From assembly GCA_000934665.2 (NCBI GenBank), contig JYFJ02002469.1, forward strand, positions 1 to 56,436: a DNA stretch of 56,436 nt, given 5' to 3'. The notes under the pieces were generated by a model. That model made no database searches and was not told the DNA's origin. It saw only the letters and a program-made list of their open reading frames with translations. The stretch comes from Catajapyx aquilonaris. Lineage: Eukaryota. Each line of letters begins with the position of its first letter. Within the stretch, counting starts at the first letter, position 1. Below are positions 47,001 through 56,436 of this stretch, piece after piece. The position numbers were made by a program, and so were the translations under genes.

Positions 47001-48659
47001 AATAAGATGCTGATGTCAACATTATCTTCCTGACAAACAGTAATGCAGACAGCATGGCGAGAGCGTAATCCAGGGGCAAGGATCAAGGCAGCGAAGAAAG
47101 CGCTTGAAAAGAATCCTGAGTGTGCCCCTGCATTGATTCTGCTTGCTGAGGAGGAGGCCACCACCATACCGGAAGCCGAGAGAATTCTGAAGCAGGCACT
47201 TAAAGCAGCAGAGGCCAATCTGAGAAGGTCACAACAGACAGCACATCATGGACAAGTGCAAGAAGCAACTCATAGTGAGTGAGACTTTTATTTAAAATAA
47301 TTGATATGTTGCTAGCAGTGATAATATCTTTTTCTTGCAGGAAGAGATACAAATGTACTCATTTACATAAAGAGGCGCCTGGCCATGTGTGCAAGGAAAC
47401 TTGGCAGACTTAAGGAAGCTATCAAACTATTTAGAGACGTGAGTTTGAAGAATGCTTCTCTTGAACCTTTCATTTTTCACATGACTTGTACTTTGAAGGC
47501 TGATGTGGGCTGCTACATTTGACATAAATTACCATGCTTATATTTGCCTCTTTTTTTCCCAGTTGACAAAAGAAGTACCAGCAATGCTGAGTGTCCTCCA
47601 GGTACAAGAGAACCTTATTGAAGCCCTGCTGGAAACGGGTGCATATGCAGATGTACAGGCGGTGCTGGCCAAGTACGACGACATCTCCCTCCCCAAGTCA
47701 GCAGCGATCTGCTACACGGCTGCCCTCCTCAAGGCGCGGGCAGTGGCAGAGCGCTTCTCCTCAGATGCCACCTCGGGGGGTACCCCTTGTGCAGCCCTCT
47801 CCTCGGGTGGGCGCAGGGGATGCTCTTCTTCCTCCAATGGCTGGGGGGGTACCTTAAGTGCTGCAGAGATGGCAGCGGTGGAGGCGGTGCACCGGGCTGT
47901 GGAATTCAACCCGCATGTGCCAAAGTACCTCTTGGAGACCAAGGCACTTGTTCTGCCCCCAGAGCATGTGCTGAAGAGGGGTGACTCGGAGGCAGTTGCA
48001 TATGCGTTTTTTCATCTTCCTCACTGGAAGAGGGTGGATGGGGCACTGCATCTGTTGCACTGCACCTGGGAGGGAACCTTCCGGATGATTCCCTACCCAC
48101 TGGAGAAGGGACATCTCTTTTATCCATACCCCACCTGTACAGAGTGTGCTGACAGGGAACTGTTGCCAGGTGAGGATGGAGTTAATAAGTTTTTCTTTTT
48201 AAATCAGGGGGCATAATTGTAACTGACTGAAGTATATAAATTTGTAAAATTACACCTAACCAGTCCACGTTCTTTCCCAGCTTTCCATGAAGTGAGTGTG
48301 TATCCCAAGAAGGAGCTCCCTTTCTTCATCCTGTTCACAGCTGGACTGTGTTCCTTTACGGCGCTGCTGGCTCTCCTCACCCACCAGTATCCAGAGTCCA
48401 TGGGCGTTATGGCCAAAATGGTTGGTTGATTTTCAAGTGCGAAATTTCCTTCTGCCAAGAAGTGATAGCTTTCTAAAAAAATCCTTTCATGTTACTACAA
48501 ATTTTTTAGAAGTTGCGGCTTTGATAGGCTCCAGTGTGCTGAACGCTACTAATTTTTCCACAGGTGTTAGGTTGGGTGTCAATGCCATTCCATTACATTC
48601 TGGACAAACTGGAGGCAACCCTGCCTGCCAACCTTCTTCAACATCTCTCGAGAGTGTGA
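44004..48659 (+). CDS. ST7: Suppressor of tumorigenicity 7 homolog
   Basis: Exons 44004-44145, 45875-45957, 46022-46259, 46796-46966, 47041-47274, 47341-47438, 47563-48169, 48281-48420, 48564-48659. Motifs [102 protein letters not shown]. Confidence 0.96.
45041..45050 (+). CDS. ST7: Alternative first coding micro-exon of ST7 (M-W-D-S)
   Basis: GCC ATG TGG GAC T|GTAAGG is phase 1, like exon 1. Splicing to 45875 gives [16 protein letters not shown], which matches the insect ST7 N-terminus as I recall it ([16 protein letters not shown]). Confidence 0.82.
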
Positions 48660-49480
48660 CCTTCTATCAACCCGGGCTGTACAACTCTTTTGTCGACCGT
48701 AACAACCCCATTTTTTGACCCAGTTGACCCAGGCTGAATGAAGTGGCAGTCTGATCTCATATCCAGTGACCCTTTCTTTTATTTAAAAAATATATACTAT
48801 GATGAAACAACATGTTGCTATCCTCATTTTGAACAAAAAAAGCCTATTTGCCAAAACTGGTTCCAATTTACTATTTTATTTACTTTGCATTTTCTTAAAT
48901 GCTGCCACAGCTGACTGTGATTTCTGGTGATTTCAGCTTTCAGTTTGCAATATAAGAGCGTGTGTGGTGAAGTTTGTAAATGGAATCATTTCTGATACGA
49001 CCTACAGGAAATGCTGTTACAAATCAAAGCTGATAACTGCAGTAGCTTGTGATTCGAGTTGTGATTACTAGTCCCATATCAATTCCGAGCCAATAATCTA
49101 AATTGCTATTGAGTGTAGGTAACTCATATTATCTTGGAATTTCACTTATCTATAATGTTACTATGTATAAGCCCTCTGGTCCACCGCCAAATTGTTTCCG
49201 CCACTTTCCCATTGGCCCGCATTCTACCATGCGCCATAGGGTGTAAACAATGCATCTGGTGAGTTGCCGGGAAAACTGTCCATGCCTTCTCTGTACTGTT
49301 GCCCAGTTGGCACTACTATGATATTGTTTACGGAGTCAGGACAGACATGTTCTCACTTCTCCCTAATCGGGCCGTTCGAAGTCTGCTGGAAGGTTAACGT
49401 TACACACAGATTCTAGAAGTGACCTCCCAGGCCATATTCCACTATTCAAATGGTCCCGCCCTTTTTCCCTCCGATTTCTC

Positions 49481-49494
49481 CCACCAGGTGGCAT
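49481..49494 (+). promoter_or_regulatory. CTCF-like motif between ST7 and REX1BD
   Basis: CCACCAGGTGGCA matches the CTCF core consensus. Motif match only. Confidence 0.4.
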
Positions 49495-49980
49495 CCAGGT
49501 GCTAGCATGTGGCATTGCATAAGCCCCCCCGCCCACCCACTTCCCACCCTCTTGCCCTCCTCTCAATGGAATGACGAATTGATGATGATTGATGACTGAT
49601 GACTCTCCCCCCTCCACACATCCTTGAAACCGGCTGACCCGTCACTCACTCAGACGTCGTCTCCCGGTCTGGTCTGCACCCCCCCTGGCCCCATGAGCCT
49701 CATCGTCATCACCCCATCACCCGTCGCCGCTCAAACGCCCTGAAGGCACACGATCCGGTTCCAACCCCTACCTCTCTTTCTTTCTTTTTTTTTTGCTGCA
49801 TATACAACCAGGCTTCCCAGCAAAAACCTTGTCTGCACGTCAGAAGAAGAAAGGAAAGGAAGAGAAACTACTGCAGCTGCTTGGGGTGGTGCTGTTATTA
49901 AAAGCCTGTGCCTCGTCCACGTAGACTCATACCGTCACCCACCCACTGCTGGGATCCTTTTGTTAAAAGGCAGCGTAAGC

Positions 49981-52900
49981 ATGGACCTCAGCCAGCGGGC
50001 CACCGACCTCATCAGCCAGTTCCAGGTGCTGCAGGAGGCCAGGGAGTACAGCTACAGGATCTTCCAGGAGTAAGTTTTACAGGCGGAACCAGACCGAGTC
50101 ACCTTGGCCGCTGCCCTTAAAAGAAGCAGTGTGCTGTTCGTTATAGGCTTCGACAGACGTAAGCAATATTACAGGGATTTTGCATTTTAAGAATGGGCAC
50201 CAACGTTCCATTCTCTATTTTTGAGCAATTGTGCAAAGCTTGTGGAAATTGCAGGTACCTATGTGCCCGGTTTATGGCAAGTTGTACGTTGATATCACTG
50301 CGGAATTTAATCTTGTAGGAAGGATGGGAAACTCGTGTTTCGATCATTGCTAGAATTGATCAGGGGAGGCCTGGGGCTTCGACCTCCACAGTTCATATGC
50401 CAGCCAATAGCAACTGATAGCGGCTGACCTACAAGGGTCGGTACACCTCCCCACATCCTATATTATGTCTGAATGACAGGGTTTTATGGGATTGCAAACA
50501 ATCTCCCCTCTGCAGTTAAAACAATGGCAATCGTAATGCAGATGTAGGTGCAAAGGAGAATGAAAGTTACAGCGCCATGCAAATATTCAGAATTATTATT
50601 GTGATATAACCCGAAACAATTTTCCAAATCTGCTGCCTCAGAAATTCTTCATTCTTCATTGGACAAAAAAGTACAAACAGATCTCCATAATGTGACAAAA
50701 TATTAGTCTGAAAAATTGCGTGAAATGCACAAATTGCAGGAAAAAGTGCAGGAAGCATGTAGTTTGATACAATGACAGCAATGCATCGAGCTATGCCACC
50801 AGCCGAACGTTTTGCATTTTACTGCGGAGGCAAATATGGAAGATTCGGATGCCACAGTTTCATAGCCGCAAAGCCTATTGCTGCTTGTGGCCGTTTAGAA
50901 TTTTGCAATTTAGCATGCAGTGGCTTACTGATATTGATAATTTGGAGGTGATATAGTGGAACAACTTACAGTTGGTGTACAGGTTCAGTGACTGCTTTTT
51001 GAGTGCAATGACTTAAGACACTCTTGGTGTCAAGAGCTAAACTCTCATGTAATCGTCTACAGCAAATCTAGACGAAAGCAGATATATCCAGATCAGGGGT
51101 ATCTGACTTGTCTGTAATGTTATGCAGCAATTAATCCAGCTCTTCATGCACATATGCTAGTAAACCGGATCAAAATTATATATAGTGATTCACATGATTT
51201 GTTCAAAATGCCAAGGTTAAGTGAGGCTCAGTTTAACGCGACCTCAGCGTAATGTAATCGAATTGTTTTAAAAACATCGAAGGAAAAAATTCCAAAACAT
51301 AAGGATTCTTTAAAAATAATAACAAGCACACCATAATGAAGCTGAGGATTTTACTTTATAACAGTCCCACTTTTGAATCTTTTTCATATCAGTAATTATA
51401 GCAATAGGCTTCTCGTGTCTTTTCACCAATATCTGATATATTAGAGGTGGGCTGAAGGACTGAAATTCTAGGTCACGTCAGTTAGGGCACAGACTATTGG
51501 TCACTACTTTATCTTCGAAAACAAGGTCATTATGTTGATGTGGAATAAGTGCGTCATTTAGTGACATGTCTTTCAGATCATTTTGATACATTTAATCTGA
51601 TTCCGGGACTTTTATCTCGCATATTTCTTGGACATGGTGTAGGTCAGGGTTCATTTGTCAACAGGATAGATATTTTTTCCACGAATTCCCAGGGTCAACC
51701 CTGAAGGTTATGTTTAGCATTTATAGATACTCTGGTTAAGTTTTCTGCATAGATATTTCTGATGATAAATTTTTTGATCCTTGCTTGATACAATTGAGGA
51801 ATGTTGTGATTGGCTGAGGGCAGACTTGCTTTGAAATTTACTCTATTAAAAAAAGGACCGACATCATTGTTCACATTAATAAGTAACAATGATAACAAAG
51901 TATGACATAAGTGACTGAAGTTGGTCAGTAGATCCTCTGCCTAGCATAAATGAACTGCTGTTAAAATATGAAAAACCCTGATCTTGAATACGTAATAGGG
52001 ATGGAGATATTTTTATTTTGCTTATGAGGGGGTGTTGGGATGTTGAAGTGGGGGCTGAGTGTAATACTCCTCTTATATAATGCCATAACCTACCACAATG
52101 TTGAGTAATGTTGAGTCTTACTGATAAAGTTGGAACAGTTTCAATACTTGTGCAATAACATACAATATATAAATTCCAACTTTCATCATCACTGCCAGCT
52201 TTTCAATGACATCACTTTTGACATAAAAACAGAAGGTCATGATTTTCAAAATGTGGCCAAAGAGTGTATTGTTGGCCCTGGAGATCTGGTTTCATTTTAT
52301 CACTTGACCAAACCTTTGTGTTTCCAGGGGTCACAAGATTTACCTGAGCTCAAGCCCAGAGTACGACTTTGTCCAGTTTCGTGCCCTGGTAGCTGGAGTC
52401 ACCCGTGACTTCAAGGATGTCTCAGAAGGTGTGATTAACATTGAGAAGCAGCTCCGCAGTGAGCTGGGCCAAATATCCCTTGCAGATCATGTTGCTTTTG
52501 TGCAGAATGCAGAGAAGAAGAAGCTGGAGCTGGTAAGGATTGAGATTTTATCACATTTCCTTTCCAATACACAAATGGTGATCAAAAAAGGGTGTTTCTT
52601 AATGACATTGAATAAATGGCTTCAGGGTATCAGCATTTTATGGGTAGTTCTCACGTGGGTAAGCATTCCCATTCATGGTATGCATCCTTTTTATTTGCTA
52701 AACCAGCGGCAGTATAGGTCTATATTCCAAGGTTGCAGTGAAAGTGTAATGCAAGGTCTGCAAGAACCAATCATGAGAGGGGAAAAGTTGGCATTTGTAA
52801 CTTTGTCACAACTTGTAATCATCTAGCAATGAATTAGATGAGATTGTTGCTGGGCCATGAAGTGAAATAGTTGCTCAGAGGCTGTGTGCACTTGTAAGAC

Positions 52901-53098
52901 TGGGTTATTGACAACACCTGCAATGCATTCCAGACAGCCCAACTTCAGCTGAGTCTCCAGGCTCGTCAAGACCATCCGGGACAGAAAGACATTCCTCTTC
53001 AAGTGACCTCTCTTAAAAGCCAATTGCACCAGCTGAATGAGCATATCCAGAAGGAACTACAGAAGATTCGCTACGAGAACCAGGAGCTGAATGCCTGA
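49981..53098 (+). CDS. REX1BD: Required for excision 1-B domain-containing protein (C19orf60 family)
   Basis: Not captured as one ORF by the track. Exons 49981-50069, 52328-52532 and 52934-53098 give MDLSQRATDLISQFQVLQEAREYSYRIFQE-GHKIYLSSSPEYDFVQFRALVAGVTRDFKDVSEGVINIEKQL...LADHVAFVQNAEKKKLEL-TAQLQL...IRYENQELNA*, matching the recalled family pattern GH..YL.S.P.YDF...R..V..VT..F. Confidence 0.85.
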
Positions 53099-54051
53099 TT
53101 GATGGGAATGGAGAGAAAATAATTATACGTACAGGGGGCATCTAGAGAGGTTCTAGAAACAATTTTTATACACAAGAAAGTGAAGAGAAATATGACGTTA
53201 TTAACATAATATTGACATTGACAGGCAGTTGGGAGCATGTTGAAAATATTTATTTGGAGTGTCGAGTGCTCCAGATGATAAAGCCATTGCCTGTGGCCAC
53301 TCATGATTCCATGACATGCACAAAGAAAGAAAGATAAGCAATTTGCATTTAAAAGGTGCCATTTTGATATCTTAAAAATATTGCATTCAAGAGATGTTGG
53401 CATGTTCTGGCCAAGTTATGGAGCTGTTTGTAGATTAGAAAAATTGTTTCTAAACCCCCTTCTGGTGACCCTTGCATTTTGTGGGCCACCCATGGTTGTA
53501 AACGACTGATTGTGACTGAGACCATTGTTTTTTGACACAGCATAATAACAAGTCTGCCATGTTTTGTGACACAGTATTAGCATCATCTTTAGTGTCCAAT
53601 CGTTCTTTTTGTAATCATTGCCTTGTGGAAATAAATATCTTTATTTCTATGGTAGATAAATTCATGCATTGCCTTGTTCATGTGTGGCAGGCACATATCC
53701 TGCCAAGCATGGCCGGCCGTACTGATCTGAGGCCGTTGCCGCTATAAATTATGCCATCCCAGGCAGTGAATTTTCTCCTGCTGGATCAAGGTTTGCTAAG
53801 TTATTTCAATGCTCGTTTGAATTTCCATGGGGTTTTATGGGTTCTTTCCACCCTGAAGTTAACAGGTTGAAAATGCCAATGAAGTAAGGGGTGAGGTCAC
53901 GTAAATGACTATTGTATTGGTCCTTTACATTGAGGCTAAAACTAAACTTCTCAGTTCTTTGCCAAGATAACCCATGTTCTCACTAAAAAATTCCAGTTTT
54001 TGCAAATTCCTTGCACTAGTAGCCAGGGAGCTGATTCACATTATCATGTAA

Positions 54052-54384
54052 CTAGTAGTGAACCTGTTGCTAAATTTTGCAAACACTGACTGCCCCGTCT
54101 GCCTTTCCCACTTGGATGTAAGTACTGTACAATAGGCTCCCTCTGCACACTATTGCCACTCTCAGGGGGAAAGTATTGGTTTACTACATGTTGGTGATTA
54201 GTCACCTCGCGCCCACCAGGCTGGTCTTGCCTCTGCTGAAGTGTGTTCCAAGTTGGGACACACTTGGTTGGGACTCCCAACCTCTATGACTCCTATAGGG
54301 AGTGAACCTTATTTGTGTCCTGTCGTTATTGAACAGGGAAAGTGATAACTACCATAATTATACATGCACTTAGGTGATGAGCCA
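54052..54384. repeat. Diverged direct repeat, left copy (partner 55441-55763)
   Basis: Colinear shared blocks: AAATTT..AACACTG, ATAGGCTC..CCTCTGCACACTA, CTCTCAG.GGGAAAGTA, TTGAAC.GGGAAAGTGA.AACTA, TAGG.GATGAG.CA. Confidence 0.75.
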
Positions 54385-54454
54385 GCGCATTTAGGGATGG
54401 AATCGCCTCTAGTGAATTCTGAATATGCTGAGGATCTTTCTGCTAGGTGCCATG

Positions 54455-55430
54455 ACGTGGATTAATCTGATAGGTTAATTATAATAGGCACGAGGATCAA
54501 TCTGCTAGGTGAATTGTTAGTTATGAGGAGGATTAATCCGCCAGGTTAATTACAACAGCCATGATGAGGATTAATCCACTAGGTTAATTACAATAGCCAT
54601 GATGAGGATTAATCCACTAGGTTAATTACAATAGCCATGAGGAGAATTAATCTACTAGGTTAATTACAATAGCAGGAGGAGGATTAATCCACTAGGTTAA
54701 TTACAATAGCAGGAGGAGGATTAATCCACTAGGTTAATTACAATAGCCATGAGGAGAATTAATCTCTCGATTAATCTACTAGGTTAATTACAACAGCCAT
54801 GATGAGGATTAATCCACTAGGTTAAACCTATTATAATAGCCATGAGGAGGATTANTAATTACAATAGCCATGAGGATTAATCCACTAGGTTAATTACAAT
54901 AGCCATGATGAGGATTAATCCACTAGGTTAAACCTATTATAATAGCCATGATGAGGACTAATCCACTAGGTTAATTGCAATAGCCATGAGGAGGATTAAT
55001 CCACTAGGTTAATTACAACAGCCATGAGGAGGATTAATCCACTAGGTTAAACCTATTATAATAGCCATGAGGATTAATCCACTAGGTTAATTACAATAGC
55101 CATGAGGATTAATCCACTGTTAATTACAATAGCAGGAGGATTAATCCATTAGGTTAATTACAATAGCCATGAGGAGGATTAATCCATTAGGTTAATTACA
55201 ATAGCCATGAGGATTAATCCACTAGGTTAATTACAATAGCCATGAGGAGGATTAATCCACTATGTTAATTACAACAGCCATGATGAGGATTAATCCACTA
55301 AGTTAATTACAATAGCCATGAGGATTAATCCACTAGGTTCATTACAATAGCCAGGGATTAAGCCAGGGAGGAGGATTAATCTAGTAGATGATTATTATCC
55401 GTTATTATCCATGAGGAGGATTAATCCCAG
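54455..55430. repeat. Minisatellite, 35-38 bp unit GGATTAATCCACTAGGTTAATTACAATAGCCATGA(TGA/GGA), roughly 25 copies
   Basis: Directly visible tandem array with degenerate edges and a longer AAACCTATTATAAT variant. An N at 54855 means the true length is uncertain. Confidence 0.97.
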
Positions 55431-55440
55431 TGATTATTCC

Positions 55441-55763
55441 ACTATAGCGGACTCGTTACCAAAATTTGGTAACACTGCTTGGCCCACTGTCCACTTTGAA
55501 GTAGTACAGTACATAGGCTGCTACAGTTGGCTCATAGGCTCACCCTCTGCACACTACTTTTGCTCTCAGAGGGAAAGTAGTACTACGTGCATATGTCACC
55601 GCACGGACCAAGTCCACCAATGTACAGTACTACTGACTGTATAACCAGCACGTGTCTCGCCTCCATTGCAGTGGGTCCCACCCTCTCTGACCACTATTTC
55701 CTCTCATTGTTGAACGGGGAAAGTGAAAACTATGCTTACTACTACCTAGGCGATGAGTCAACT
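55441..55763. repeat. Diverged direct repeat, right copy (partner 54052-54384)
   Basis: Same shared blocks as the left copy. Confidence 0.75.
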
Positions 55764-56132
55764 TGTTTATGACCGGACAAACTTGTGGACAGAGAATAAG
55801 GGGATTAGGTGTATAGGTAGCAAGTAGAGAAGTAGTATACTGCATGCACAAATGGTATACCTGTTCCATATGATATTGAGTTGGCCATAGTGGTGCAGAT
55901 CTTGGAGGTAGCCAGTTCTGTGGGCAGTGGACAGTCAACGTGGGGCATGTGGGACTCCAGGTCATCTTTGCAAACAATATCAAACCCACTTTCCAATTCA
56001 ATCATGCCCGCAGATGCATGATGACTGTTAGGAAACAGTATGGAGAACATCAACCCATCTTGGGTGAAGGTACTATATCGCTCAAAAAGATAGAGACGAT
56101 TGGCATTTGATTCAAGTGAGGCCCCTTCTTCC

Positions 56133-56420
56133 AAAACCCGACAAATCCAATTTCCAAAAAAAATGAGTTAAGGGTGGAAATATGTTCTTCAAGATGTGTT
56201 TCATCACGTAACGACAAAATATTCAGCAAACATCGACAAATGCGGCTGTAATGGCCCGAAGAAAAGTGGCCTATCATGCAAAACCCGACAAATGCAGGCA
56301 GAAAGTTCATATTCTATGTTTCTAAAACCGACAAATCCGCCGAATCATCCATAACCCGACAAATCCAGCGTGAACAGCTCTAGTTGGCCTGGGATATCTT
56401 TCGTACTCAGACAAATCCAT
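56133..56420. repeat. Cluster of six spaced (AACC)CGACAAAT(C/G)C motifs
   Basis: Copies near 56134, 56228, 56281, 56324, 56353 and 56408, all in the same orientation. Confidence 0.7.
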
Positions 56421-56436
56421 CTCTAAGCTACACATG

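Noticed and set aside
54455..55430. CRISPR array
   Set aside because: Head-to-tail repeats without unique spacers, no cas genes, and a eukaryotic context.
55587..56310. Minus-strand ORFs of 86-123 aa
   Set aside because: No recognisable motifs; they overlap repeat-derived sequence.

Overview
Eukaryotic, intron-rich invertebrate DNA, most likely arthropod (insect-type ST7, 7-Ig PVR-like receptors, many 55-90 nt GT-AG introns). Order along the window: (1) H+/myo-inositol transporter SLC2A13/HMIT copy 1 (2271-11873, +), with a palindromic YY1/CCAAT promoter and two duplicated, apparently mutually exclusive exon-4 cassettes. (2) An intact 7-Ig PVR/VEGFR-like receptor tyrosine kinase (18552-23935) and a tandem copy (24788-30184) whose disabling lesions cluster from the transmembrane helix onward. 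(3) HMIT copy 2 (30591-35880), with a perfect 36-bp upstream hairpin and a nested antisense THEG-repeat gene in its last intron. (4) A nest of transposon debris: Tc1 pieces in inverted orientation, a 592-bp TIR element whose AATT target duplication is proven by an empty site, a LINE and a SINE. (5) An intron-containing Harbinger/HARBI1-like gene lacking the catalytic Glu, head-to-head with a U1 snRNA gene that lies directly upstream of ST7, which has two alternative first exons. (6) REX1BD. (7) A 35-38 bp minisatellite between diverged direct repeats. All gene models were spliced by eye and family assignments rest on recalled motifs; no database search was run.
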